A stretch of 64,000 bases of DNA from Eledone cirrhosa (taxonomy: Eukaryota), in assembly GCA_964016885.1 (NCBI GenBank), contig CAXHJY010001670.1, forward strand, positions 21,198 through 85,197, in the 5' to 3' direction. The notes under the pieces were generated by a model, which did no database searches, was not told the DNA's origin, and worked only from the letters and a program-made list of their open reading frames with translations. The position numbers and the translations under genes were made by a program. Shown piece after piece: positions 41,587 through 55,199 of this stretch. Numbering within the stretch: position 1 is the first letter of the stretch; each line of letters starts with the position of its first letter.

Positions 41587-41756
41587 ACGAAGGAAATGTG
41601 GTAAGGAACCAGGTGGACCATAACGCACCAAAGTACTCAATACTTGGGGTAGTAGAGTGGGTAATAGGAACCAGTAAGACCCCGACGGCTGAGCTCAAGC
41701 CGTTTCGACGGCTAATTCTGGACTAATTCGAGTCCAGAATTAGCCGTCGAAACGGA
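41587..41756 (-). mobile_element. Family B mini-element with short fold-back
   Basis: ccgtttcgacggctaattctggact-aattcg-agtccagaattagccgtcgaaacgg. Confidence 0.75.
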
Positions 41757-42509
41757 AGTTTCTCTGAGAAACTTTTCTACTTAGGAATGGAGTTACTTAG
41801 TGAATTCTTCTTCCGTTTTCAAACTTATCTTGACTATCAGCAATTTTTTTTTTTCCCTTATCTAATATTTAAGTAAGTTATTTCAAATTTATTATTGTCT
41901 TGTTCTTTTCTTTCAAGTGTTTTTTGTTTGTTTTTGAGAATAAAATAGAATATAAAAAAAAATATATATATATATATCAGAATAATCACTAATAAATAAA
42001 TAAAAAGAATAATAATCCGGACATTCCGTAGAACTGCGAAATGTTGTCAAGTGGCATCTGGACAAATAATGTATTCTCTGAGATTGCATCTGAGAATGTA
42101 AATAATTGTGTTGGACAACACAACAGTGAAAGCAAGCATGGAAGTCGTTTAAAGACGACGACGACGACGACGACAAGGATTTTATTAACAAGAGGATATG
42201 TTATTTGATATGAAAATTGGACATAATTTGTCTTAGCTTCTTCTCTCCACTGTCGTGAAGTATGTTAGCTTTTCTTTCGATGGTGACGGTGAAGAGGAGG
42301 AGGAGGTGGAACGGGGGGGAGGGGGATAAAGGGGTGGATGGTAGTAATGATTTTGGGAGACAACGTGTCAAGTTATTGAGTGTATTCTTCTCTTAGTTCG
42401 TTTTTGTTCACTTATTATGGACGCAACGTGACGGAATGGTTTAGACCAGGCATGGGCAACCTTTTTCGAGAAGCGGGTCGTATGAAATATGGGTGGGGGG
42501 AGGTTGGGG

Positions 42510-43140
42510 GAGGGGAAAGTCGATTGAATAGACCCCAGTGCATTCCTGGTACTTTATTTTATCGACCTCGTAAGGATGAAAGGCAAAGCTAGCCTCGGCG
42601 GGATTAGAAGTCAGAATGTAAAGGGCCATAACTCTATGCTGCAAAGCATGGTGTCTGACGCACTACCAATTCTGACAATCGGATTTCTAATTGAGGTACA
42701 AGGCCAGCACTTTAGGAAAAAAGGAAATCTAATTATGTCTACCCCAGTATTAAACTGGTACTTTAATATTTTATCAATACCGGAAGGATGGAAGGCAAAG
42801 TTGATCTCGGTGGGATTTGAACTCAGAATGTAATGAGACAGAAGAAATATCGAACCACAAATCATTTCCCCCGTGGATCTACCGATTCTGCCAATCTTCC
42901 AGCCTAGCAGCTTCGTTTGTAATAGTAGTTTCTACATTTGGCACAAGGCCAGCAATTTGAAAGGAAGGGTAAAGTCGATTACATCGACCCCGGAGTGGCA
43001 CTGGTACTATATTTTATCGACCCCGTAAGGATAGACGGCAAAACTAACCTCGGCGGGATTTGAACTCAGAACATAAAGGGCCGTAACTCTTTGCAGCGAA
43101 GCATGGTGTCCGACGCTCTACCGATACTGCCAATCCACCG
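42510..43140 (-). mobile_element. Three tandem tRNA-headed SINEs
   Basis: ctggtac...atcgac...aaggat...ggattt(a/g)aa repeated three times; a hAT-like end caggcatgggcaacc lies just upstream at ~42447. Confidence 0.8.
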
Positions 43141-43746
43141 CGTTGGTAATAATACCGAATTTGAGCCCTTACTGGCTGAAACGACACAATGCTGTTTATT
43201 TCATGATTAAAAGAGCGGCGCTTATGGTAATTAGTTTCATACATTTCGGGCCTGTTGAAGTATATTTCGTCTTTCACGCGTGACGCTGCTGAGGCACCGC
43301 TCAGTTGATTATACTACGTTGATGAGGTCTGATAGACAGGAACTTGTCCTTTGCTTGCAAACAAATTTCAGATATTCTCCTAAACATGAAAATTAAATAT
43401 GAAAAAATTAACCGTCGTTAATAATTACCGCTAAAGAGAGGAATTTCACTTAATCAACTATTTTACTAATTAACTTAATTATCCAATTTCATGAACTATT
43501 TCACTTAGCTCATTTAAATATTTAAATAAATAAAGAAATAAATACCAGCCGTATCGATTAAATCAATTATTTAGCTCACTCAATACTTGTGTGCGCTTGT
43601 TCCGATATCTCACTCTCACATCTACAAGAACATGAAAACAGTACAAGTGATGTATGTATGTATGTATGTATGTATGTATGTATGTATGTATGTATGTATG
43701 TATGTATGTATGTATGTATGTATGTATGTATGTATGTATGTATGTA

Positions 43747-43821
<75 letters not shown>

Positions 43822-43844
43822 ATGTATGTATGTATGAATTATGT

Positions 43845-44451
43845 CAGGTCACCAGTTGGTGCTACTGGTAACATGTATCCCAGTACAACCTGTCCCATGG
43901 TCGGGTCGTTGGCGACTAAACTGGCAACCCCACCAAGGTTTCTTGGTGAGGAGGGTGACTTTGGACATCCTGCAGGACTAAAAACAAAACCTGTCAAAGG
44001 GCAAAGGAGCTCTTAAGAGTCAATGGCCATCCAAAATCACTGGGAGAGATGACCCCTTAGCCTTTGTCAAGGCAGAATTCTAGGAGAAGGAGAACTCTGA
44101 TATAACACCTGCAACCCTGATGGTATCCAATGATGTTGACTTGTTCTTCTTTTTGGTAAATATCATCTCGGTTAAGAGAGTGGGACTGGCCTTGTGCAGT
44201 GCCTTTGCTCACTATAAAAGCTTCACAACACAGGCATTGCTTTATATCTGGAGATCTCTCTGCACTTGTCGTCACATGGTACCATGGGCCCAGCACTATG
44301 TGTCAATAATTGTCACAAGTGTAGTGTTTGTACCAAAGTTTTCAAGTCGCTGGCCGGACTGAAAAGTCACACTCGTTCAGCGCATCGGTAGGGGTTCTGC
44401 TACATGGATATAAAGTAGTGCCCGTACTCGAAAACGAGTTGGCAGCCACCA
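43845..44451 (+). mobile_element. Full-length ~607 bp internally deleted non-autonomous RTE element
   Basis: RTE 5'-UTR-like motif ctaggagaaggaRaactctga joined to a terminal zinc finger (HKCSVCT.VFKSLAGLKSHTRSAHR*) and a (TATG)n tail. Confidence 0.85.
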
Positions 44452-44457
44452 TGTATG

Positions 44458-44488
<31 letters not shown>

Positions 44489-44921
44489 TGTATGTATGTA
44501 TGTGTGTATGTATGTATGTATGTATGTATGTATGTATGTATGTACGTACGTACGTATGTATGTATGTATGTACCGTATTTCCCGGCGTCGAAGACGCTAC
44601 TTTTTTCCTAAACACTCACCCTCCACACACACTCATATAACCCATTTGCCTGCCCACACACACACGCACACACACGCACATTTTCCACAAATACATTGTC
44701 TCTCACACACTCCCCACTCTCTCCCCCACACGCAAGTTACTAAAACTTTATATCAGTTAAAAAGATCAATCAATATATTTGTTAGCCAAAGAAACTACAA
44801 GTTTCCTGCCAAATATTCCTCACAGGAGACTGCATCTAATATTAGATTCTCTCCCTCTCCCCTCTCTCTCCCATCTTTCTCTCTCTCTCTCTCCCCTCTC
44901 TCTCTCTCCCCTCTTTATCTC

Positions 44922-44977
<56 letters not shown>

Positions 44978-44979
<2 letters not shown>

Positions 44980-45052
44980 GGGCGACCCAAAATGTATACA
45001 CACTTCAATAACATTCGAATAAAAGTGTGTATACATTTTTAGGGACACCCTG
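44978..45052. mobile_element. Tiny Tc1/mariner-like MITE
   Basis: agggcgacccaaaatgtatacacactt / aagtgtgtatacatttttagggacaccctg in TA context; relative at 45949-46031. Confidence 0.65.
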
Positions 45053-45063
45053 TATATATATAT

Positions 45064-45111
<48 letters not shown>

Positions 45112-45416
45112 TACAATATATATTTATATATATATATATGTATATATATAGACAATATATATATATATATACTGTATATATATGTATATGTATATATATA
45201 TAAGTAATATATACATATATATTATATATATATATGTATATATATAGACAATATATATATATATATACTGTATATATATATATATATGTATATATATATA
45301 AGTAATATATACATATATATTATATATATATATGTATATATATAGACAATATATATATATATATACTGTATATATATGTATATGTATATATATATAAGTA
45401 ATATATACATATATAT

Positions 45417-45603
<187 letters not shown>

Positions 45604-45686
45604 ATATTATATATATATATATATTATATATATATATATTATATATATATATATTATATATATTATATAATATATACATATGTATG

Positions 45687-45729
<43 letters not shown>

Positions 45730-45732
45730 CAT

Positions 45733-45763
<31 letters not shown>

Positions 45764-45948
45764 CATAGTCACGAAAAACAACACCATTCCTGAATATTAA
45801 AGACGACTGGGAATATTTTTATTCACGCCAACACATTTTTTTTTTTTCAATTTCGATTCCAGGTCAAGTATATTATTCGGTATTTTTTTTCAACTTTATC
45901 TGAGATGCAGTTGAACATATATAAGCAGTGTATGTATGTGTATATATG

Positions 45949-46027
45949 CAGGGTGAACCCCCAAAATGTATACACACATTGATTAGGATGCGGTTGAAGT
46001 GTGTATACATTATTTTTTTTGGAACAC

Positions 46028-46031
<4 letters not shown>
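45949..46031. mobile_element. Tiny Tc1/mariner-like MITE
   Basis: cagggtg...aaaatgtatacacac / gtgtgtatacatt...cactctg. Confidence 0.6.
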
Positions 46032-46092
<61 letters not shown>

Positions 46093-47153
46093 ATATATGT
46101 GTATATATGTTTATCTATTTATGTATATATATGTATGTATATGTATATATATGTTTGTATATATATGTATGGATATATATATATGTATGTATATGTATAT
46201 ATATGAATGTATATGTATATATATGTATGTATATATATATATATATGTACATGCATATATATGTATGTATATATGTTTGTATATGTATATATATGTATGT
46301 ATATGTATGTATATACATATATATGTATGTATATGCATATATATGTATATATGTATGTATATGTATATGCATATGTATGTATATATGTATATGTATTTAT
46401 ATATATATGTATGTATGAATATGTATATATGTATGTATATGTATATATGTATATATATGTATATATATATATCTATATATATATATATGTTTATATCTAT
46501 ATATATGTATATATGTATGTATATATGAATGTATATGTATATATATATGTATGTATATATATGTATATATGTATATATGTATATATGTATATATATATAT
46601 ATGTATATATATATATACATATATACATATATACATATATACATATATATACATACATATATATATATACACACACACGCGACCCCACCCACCCCATATA
46701 TATATATATATATATATATATGAATAAAAATAGACCGAGAATGTCCGTCATCAGTAGTCTGCTGATTCTCATTGGTATTTCTTCTCATTAAAGACTAGAT
46801 ACCTAAAATCAGTGAGAGCGATAACTAAATTAAGTTATCGGGACCGAGGAAAACACAGGAAAGGAAACAAACCACATGGTAGTAATGCAACGTAAAGAGA
46901 GGAAAAGAGAGACAAGTCAGTGAATCTTGTGGGCTTAAGTTCGACAAATCAAATGATGAAAAGAAACAGACGCGTATATATATATATATATATATATACA
47001 TATATCTATATTAATATATATAATCTATATACATATATCTATATTAATATATGTAATCTATATACACATATCTATATTAATATATATAATCTATATACAT
47101 ATATCTATATTAATAAAGCGTATGTATGTATGTATGTATGTATGTATGTATGT

Positions 47154-47758
47154 CAGGTCACCAGTTGGTGCTACTGGTAACATGTATTCCAGTCCAACCT
47201 GTCCCATGGTCGGGTCGTTGGCGACTAAACTGGCAACCCCACCAAGGTTTCTTGGTGAGGAGGGTGACTTTGGACATCCTGCAGGACTAAAAACAAAACC
47301 TGTCAAAGGGCAAAGGAGCTCTTAAGGGTCAATGGCCATCCAAAATCACCGGGAGAGATGACCCCTTAGCCTTTGTCAAGGCAGAATTCTAGGAGAAGGA
47401 AAACTGATATAACACCTGCAACCCTGATGGTATCCAATGATGTTGACTTGTTCTTCTTTTTGGTAAATATCATCTTGGTTAAGAGAGTGGGACTGGCTTT
47501 GTGCAGTGCTTTTGCTCACTATAAAAGCTTCACGGCACATGCATTGCTTTATATCTGGAGATCTCTCTGCACTTGTCGTCACATGGTACCATGGGCCCAG
47601 CACTATGTGTCAATAATTGTCACAAGTGTAGTGTTTGTACCAGAGTTTTCAAGTCGCTGGCTGGACTAAAATGTCACACTTGTTCAGCGCATCGGTAAGG
47701 GTTCTCCTACATGGATATAAAGTAATGGCCATACTCAAAAACGAGTTGGCAGCCACCA
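47154..47758 (+). mobile_element. Full-length non-autonomous RTE element
   Basis: Near-identical to 43845-44451 with the same 5' start caggtcaccag. Confidence 0.85.
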
Positions 47759-48083
47759 TGTATGTAACAAACTTTTGGCGAAACGGCTGGACCAAACAGC
47801 ACCAAATTTGCACCATAGATGTAACTTTTTCCAAGGAAGAAAGTGAGGGTATTTTTGTCTACTAAATTTCATTATTCTTGATATATATATGGCCTCAGCC
47901 GGATGGCTGAAACAGGTAAAAGAGTAAAAGAGAATAATCAATTTAATCTTCTATGTTGTGGCTGTAGCAACGAATCTTTTGTGACAACCTTGTACATGCC
48001 AATCTTCACCTCCCACCTCCACCACCGCCGCTGTATATTTGTAGTTTACATTTAGAGTCCTGTGAAAAGAAGCCGCCGTTAAT

Positions 48084-48158
<75 letters not shown>

Positions 48159-48159
48159 G

Positions 48160-48715
48160 TACAACATCTAGCGTTTGATTATACAGCATTGTTAGAAAGA
48201 CCTAGAAACAGTCTCTTATATAGTACCTAGTGTTAGAAATACCGAGAGACCCTCTCTTGTATAACATATGGTGTTAGAAAGGCCGAGACACTCTCTCTTG
48301 TATAGTACCTAGTGTTAGAAAGACCGAGACACCATCTCTTATATAGCGCCTAGTGTTAGAAAGACCAAGACACACACACTCTCTCTCTCGTATATAGCAC
48401 CTAATGTTAGAAGGACCGAGACACCCTCTCTTATATAGCACCTAGTGTTAGAAAGACCGAGACACCATCTCCTATGTAGCACCTAATGTTAGAAAGACCG
48501 AGACACACTCTCTCTCGTATATAACACCTAATGTTAGCAAGACCAAGAGACCATCTCTTATATAGCACCTAATGTTAGAAAGACCGAGACACACTCTCTC
48601 TCGGATATAACACCTAATGTTAGCAAGACCGAGACACCATCTCTTATATAGCACCTAATGTTAGAAATACCGAAACACACACACTCTCTCTCTCTCTTTC
48701 TCTCTCCTATATAAC
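48160..48715. repeat. Minisatellite, ~38-44 bp unit, about 14 copies
   Basis: tatagcacctaRtgttagaaagaccgagacac... repeated head-to-tail. Confidence 0.9.
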
Positions 48716-48716
48716 A

Positions 48717-49498
48717 CATAATTGTTTCTACTTTTGGCACAAGGCCAGCAATTATCCAGTGCATTACTGGTACTTTATTTTATCGACCCCGTAAGGATGA
48801 AAGGCAAAGTTAACCTCGGCGGGATTTGAACTCAGATCATACAGGGAGGTAACTCTATGCATTCAAAGCACGGCGTCCGACCCTCTACACATAATTGTTT
48901 CTATGTTAGGCACAAGGCCAGCAATTACCCAGTGTATTACTGGTACTTTATTTTATCGACCCCATAAGGATGAAAGGCATAATGTTAGCAAAACTGAGAC
49001 ACAACATCAACAAAGGCAAAGTCTCTTATACAGCACCTATTTCAAGATTGAGAATTGTTAACTGTATAGTCAGCCTAGCATGTAAACCAAAGATGTTACG
49101 TGATACTGCATGGCACCGGAATCTATTCCTTGTTCTATTCGGTGAATTGGCAGTATCGGTAGAGGGTTGGGCGCCATGCTTTCCAGCATAGTTACGTCCC
49201 TTTACAGTCTGAGTTCAAATCCCGCCGAGGTTAACTTTGCCTTTCATCCTTACGGGGATCGATAAAATAAAGTACCAGTAATGCACTGGGTAATTGCTGG
49301 CTTGTGCCTAAAGTAGAAACAATTATGTGTAGAGGGTCGGACGCCGTGCTTTGAAGCATAGAGTTACCTCCCTGTATGATCTGAGTTCAAATCCCGCCGA
49401 GGTTAACTTTGCCTTTCATCCTTACGGGGGTCGATAAAATAAAGTACCAGTAATGTACTGGGTATTTGCTGGCCTTGTGCCTAAAGTAGAAACAATTA
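48717..49498. mobile_element. Inverted pair of SINE dimers
   Basis: 48717-48979 (-) and 49140-49498 (+) share the same dimer junction. Confidence 0.8.
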
Positions 49499-49777
49499 TA
49501 AAGTGAAAAGTAAAAGAAACTATCAATACATAAAAGAAACCCCCATGTTGTTATGGTGAGTATTTATTCTTTTATTTTTAATGACGCTCCACTCCTTCGT
49601 ACATTCTAGAAAGATTGGACAATTCTCATTTTCCCACACAGACACACACACACACGTATATATATATATTTACGTACACACACACACATATATATATATA
49701 TACATGTATACATATATATGCATACAAATATATATATATATATAAATATATATACATATTTATGTATACGTACATAA

Positions 49778-49808
<31 letters not shown>

Positions 49809-49944
49809 GATACATATATATATGTAGATACATATATACAGATACGTACATGCATATATAAATATATATATATATATGTACATTATATATATACATATTT
49901 ATATATATATATACATATATACACACACACATATATATATATAT

Positions 49945-50041
<97 letters not shown>

Positions 50042-50124
50042 GTTATTCCGGGTTGAATCGGAGGTAACCACAGTAAGTAAGGTACTCAATACATTGCAGA
50101 GTATAAAAGTTTTAATATAGATGA

Positions 50125-50173
50125 GATTCTACAGGACTAGAACTGTTTCATTCTTTAGAAATCATCAGAAATC
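50125..50173 (-). ncRNA. Type I hammerhead ribozyme motif
   Basis: gattt-CTGATGA-t-ttc(taaa)gaa-t-GAAACAG-ttctagtc-CTGTA-gaatc. Confidence 0.7.
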
Positions 50174-50179
50174 CCTGAC

Positions 50180-50228
50180 GATTCCTGATGATTTCTAAAG
50201 AATGAAACAGTTCTAGTCCTGTAGAATC
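50180..50228 (+). ncRNA. Type I hammerhead ribozyme motif
   Basis: gattc-CTGATGA-t-ttc(taaa)gaa-t-GAAACAG-ttctagtc-CTGTA-gaatc. Confidence 0.75.
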
Positions 50229-50437
50229 TCATCTATATTAAAACTATATATATATATATATATATCTGTGTGTGTATATATATATACACACACATACATA
50301 CATACACTATGATGGTGTAAGGTGTATCCTTCAATAGATTACTTTGTCTTTGAAATTACCTGTTAAAATGATTTGTGGGGCTATACGCACACACACACAC
50401 AAAACGCACACGCACACATATATGTATATATATATAT

Positions 50438-50529
<92 letters not shown>

Positions 50530-50720
50530 CATACATACATATATATTTATATATATATACACATACATACATACATATATATTTATATATATATACACAT
50601 ACATACATACATACATACATACATATTTATATATATATACACATACATACATATATATATATTTATATATATATATATACATACATACATATATATATAT
50701 TTATATATATACATACATAC

Positions 50721-50814
<94 letters not shown>

Positions 50815-51129
50815 TTTATCTCCTTTATATATATATCCTTTATCTCCTTTATTTTTGCTCTAAGAATTCTTCACACAAGAGAGTCTTGTATCGTTCTTTT
50901 TTTTCATTCCTTCTATTTCATTTAAAAAAAAATGTCTTCTTTTATTTTCTTTCTTTCACAGTTAAACCCGTGAAGTGTTTAATTTATTTCGATAGCAAAT
51001 TGCGGCTTTTAACGAACTCGCTTTGAATTAAGCAGATATTTGTATTTAGCATCAAGTCCACTGAGCTTTAGAAAGATTTCTATATTTCACCATCTGTTTT
51101 TCGTCTCCAGTTTTGATAACATAGCTGCC

Positions 51130-51217
<88 letters not shown>

Positions 51218-52084
51218 CAGGTATGCTGAAACTGTACAATGTCATGGTGACATTTTTACTACACCATACCAATATATGTTAAAAGTGAAGGCATTTCAAA
51301 TCTATATAGAGAATGGTAATTGAAAGTGGCACTAACATAGCGTGGTTCATCATAGAGAAGTATATGAAAGGAGATACGGTATGTTTATGTATAATAGAGA
51401 TGAATTTCGCTATGAATTTTTCAAAAAGGTATGATCAAGTCACAGCTATCTCAGTGGCTGTGTTAGAATGCCAGACAGCTGTTTTTTGGATCTTTATCCG
51501 TACCCGTTATCGTTGTGATGATATTTACACATAACGTGGTTCATTTATAGAGGTTATATAGAATAGTTATAAACAAAACAATTTGATAAACAGTTTGATA
51601 TTTTTTCACTCCATACTTGTTCAGTCTCAGATACATCTTGTCAGAGGGTCGCAGCCTCTTTACTGCAGCGGCCTAGGCCCAGAGCACAATCCCGCCCCCC
51701 TTTTCCTATACCTCTCCATTCTTCCGAGGCACTAGAGTCCTTGTTATTCCCTCCCTTTTCCATTTCCCCCTATATATATCCTATTTTACATTCCATTCTT
51801 CTCAATCTAAATTTTCATTTTCTTTTGTTTGTTTAAGGAAGGTAACGAAATTCTGTAGTAATTTTAAACAAGTAATATTTTAACTCCAAGAGAGCAACGC
51901 ACAAACTCATTAATTGCCAAATGCCTGTAGTATCAGTTGAAGACATTTTAATCTATTTGGCTATCCGTTTGTATATCTAATTTGTGTATAGTTTTCCGCG
52001 TCGAGTCCCAATTGCTGACTTCATAATATGTAGGTGTTTTGGTGCATCATTTATAGGTCCGTATGCAGCTATAGGTGCTAACCA

Positions 52085-52430
52085 GCGTGGCCTAGTGGTA
52101 ATGGTGTTGAATTTGCGATCATAATGTCGTGGGTTCGATTCCTGTACTGGGTTCAATGTTGTGTTCTTCAGCAAAGACACTTCATTTCACGTTGCTCCAG
52201 TATAATCAGTGGAGGCGCGTAGCCTAGTGGTAAGGGTGTTGAACTTATTATCATAATGTCGTGGGTTCGATTCCTGGACTGGGTTCAATGTAATGTTATT
52301 GAGCAAAAAAAAAAATACTTCGTTTCATGTTGCTCCAGTATAGTCGGTGGAGGTGCGAGGCCTAGTGGTAAGGGTGTTGACATTCGATTATAATGTCATG
52401 AGTTCGATTCCTGGATTGTGTTGTGTGATG
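52085..52430 (+). mobile_element. Three tandem tRNA-derived SINE heads (~130 bp unit)
   Basis: A box gcctagtggtaa and B box gRgttcgattcc each occur three times. Confidence 0.75.
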
Positions 52431-52449
52431 TTTAGTATTTTAATAAACG

Positions 52450-53110
52450 AAACAACAACACAACCAGCACCAGCATCAGCAACAACACAACTACCACCAC
52501 CACCACCAGCACCACCAACTACAACAACACAACTACCACCACCACCAACAACACAACTACCAGCACCACCAGCACCACCAACTACAACAACACAACCACC
52601 ACCAGCATCACCCCCACCACCAACACAACCACCACCACCACCACCACCACCAACTACAACAGCACAATCACCACCACCAACACAACCACCATCAACACCA
52701 CCACCACCACCAACTACAATAGCACAACCACCACCACCAACACAACCACCATCAACACCACCACCAACTACAACAACACAACCACCACCAGCATCACCCC
52801 CACCACCAACACAACCACCACCACCAACAACAATACAACCACTATCAGCACCACCACCAACTACAACAACACAACCACCACAACCACCACCACCAACTAC
52901 AACAACACAACCACCACCAACACCAACAATACCACCACCACCACCAACAACACGACCACCGACAGCACCACCACCAACTACAACAACAACAACAACAGCG
53001 ACAACAACGACACCAATACCAACAACGACAACAACGATAACAACAACAACAACAACAACAACAACGACACCAATAACAACAATAACAATAATAACAGCAA
53101 TAACGAAAAC
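52450..53110. repeat. Degenerate (CCA/CAA)n repeat
   Basis: Direct reading. Confidence 0.9.
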
Positions 53111-53198
53111 AAGAACGGTTTCTAATTCAAGCGAGAGCCCAGTAATTTTGTAGTTACAGTGAGAGAGTAGAGGCGAGAGAGAGAGAGAGAGTAGAGGC

Positions 53199-53233
<35 letters not shown>

Positions 53234-53544
53234 GTCAATAAAATCAACCCCTCCCCCTCCAGTACTTGACTATGTGTTTTATATTTTAACGACCCCCCGA
53301 TTCTTACTAATACAATACTAATAAGCTTGCTCATTCAGCTGGAAAGACAGAATCGTGAAGTACAACCTCGCTTCAACGGTCAATTTCCTGGCACCGCGCT
53401 TAGCTTGCAATTCAATCTATGACCAAAACATATGTAACTCGTGTAAAAGTACAAGTTATGGTTCTTTCTTTTAATCTCTATTTATTTCGGAAGAGGAGGC
53501 TGAAACAGATCACTACTTCCGTTAAATAATGGTCTCTACTGTAT

Positions 53545-54130
53545 TACTATAGGCACACGACCAGCAATTTGGGGAGGGGTGGTGGGGGTCGATTAAATCG
53601 ACCCAGTGCATTACTGGTGCTTTATTCTATCAACCCTGTAAGGATGAAAGGCAGGATTTGAACTAAGATCATAAAGGGGCGTAACTCTATACTCTAAAGC
53701 ATGTTGTCCGACGCTCTACCGATTCTGCCAATCAATAACAATAATTGTTTCTAATGTTGGCACAAGGCCAGCAAATACCCCAAGTGCATTACTGGTACTT
53801 TATTTTATCAACCCCGTAAGGATGAAAGGCAAAGCTAACCTCGGCTGGATTTGAACTCAGAACATAAAGGGCCATAACCCTATGCCGTGAAGCAGGGTGT
53901 CCAATACTTTACCGATACTGCCAATAATGGTTTCTTATTTAGGCACAAGGCCAGCAATTAGGGGAGAAGGGAAAGTCGATTAAATCGACCCAAGTACATT
54001 ACTGGTACTTTATTTTACCAACCCCGATGAAAGGCAAAGCTAACCTCGGCGGGATTTGAACTCAGTGTAAAGGGCCGTAACTCTATGCCGTGAAGCAGCG
54101 TGTTCTACGCTTTACTGATACTTCCAATTA
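53545..54130 (-). mobile_element. Three tandem tRNA-headed SINEs
   Basis: ggcacaaggccagcaa...gatgaaaggca...atttgaact repeated. Confidence 0.8.
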
Positions 54131-54741
54131 TGGTCTCACGTCACTAGGCTCAGTAATGGAATGTTTTCTTCTTAACATTCTCGTCCTCCGATTCCTAATT
54201 AGATTCTTCCACCGAACAGATTCCCAGTAGAAGGAGAAAAACAAAAATTGGTTCTACAAAGAGTTGACAAGTAAAAGTAAACAAACAAATAAACAAATGA
54301 ACAAATAAATAGGTGATCATTTATTTGTGGACGGCTGATTCTGATAGGATCTTGTGTGATGTTGAAGGCGTGTTTGAGCTGAGGACACTGCCCTCTCGTG
54401 ATCGTCTCAGGAATATGTGGGAGAAGAAGAAAAGAAGGAGGAGGAGAAGGAAAAAGAAGAGGGGGGGGAATGAGGGGGAGGAAAAGACGAAGAAAGAAAA
54501 AGAAGAGGAGGAGGAAGTGAAGAAAAAGAAGAGAAAAAAGAAAAGAAAGAGAAGAAAATAAGTTAGAGAAAAAGAAAGATAAAAAGTAAATTCTTAGTTT
54601 TTTTTTTCAGTCTCTCATAGTTAATGCGTCTGTTTTATTGAGGCAATCTTCTCTGAGTAGCATCATGTGATAGGTTCGAGTTCCGTAGATTACTGATGTA
54701 ATATTTTGGTAAGCATAAGGAGAACGCCGAATAGTCTATTT

Positions 54742-55137
54742 CAGCGGTCGCCAACCACTGGGCTGCGAACCGGTACCAGTCCGTGGATCATTTGTTACCG
54801 GGCCGCAAAGAAATAATTAACTTGTTTAAAATTATATAATATATAAATTGAATATTAAACTTTAATTTAAAAAGATTTAAATAATTTTGAAAACCAAACA
54901 ATATGTTAGGAAGAACATTAAATCGCCAAGATAACAAAAGAATCTTACCTTAGCAAATTTAACGATCCATATTCATATACTCTTTACACTTTTTCTTCCC
55001 TTTAATAAATTGCTCTTTTTATTATTGCTCTCTTTATCGAAATGTCCTTAAAGAACGCATATGTTCAACTACCGGTCCACGGAAAGATTGTCTGACGTGA
55101 AGCCAGTCTGTGGTATAAGAAAGGTTGGTGACCATTG
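54742..55137. mobile_element. Buster/Charlie-type hAT MITE
   Basis: TIR cagcggtcgccaacc / ggttggtgaccattg; imperfect TSD gtctattt / gtctatac with central TA. Confidence 0.8.
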
Positions 55138-55199
55138 GTCTATACCACGACTGAGAACAAATCTCCTCTACAAAGAACCAATACAGCTCCTCGTTCTCT

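Larger units (their letters stand above)
50040..50245 (-). mobile_element. Fold-back mini-element family A
   Basis: Arms ~50108-50173 and ~50180-50245; tail 50040-50107 is the reverse complement of the 61415-61482 tail. Confidence 0.8.

Noticed and set aside
44312-44390. Host C2H2 zinc-finger gene
   Set aside because: A single finger at the RTE 3' end, repeated in every element copy.
46725-46775. CTGATGA boxes here (minus strand) and at 56780 (plus strand)
   Set aside because: No downstream GAAA or stem III, so they cannot be called ribozymes.
48160-48715. CRISPR-like periodicity
   Set aside because: No unique spacers, no cas genes, eukaryotic context.
52085-52430. tRNA genes
   Set aside because: A and B boxes are present but the acceptor stem is not convincing and the sequence continues into a SINE body.
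52347-53153. 268-aa Pro/Thr-rich mucin- or extensin-like ORF
   Set aside because: It starts in a SINE head, consists of degenerate (CCA/CAA)n, and has no domain or splice evidence.
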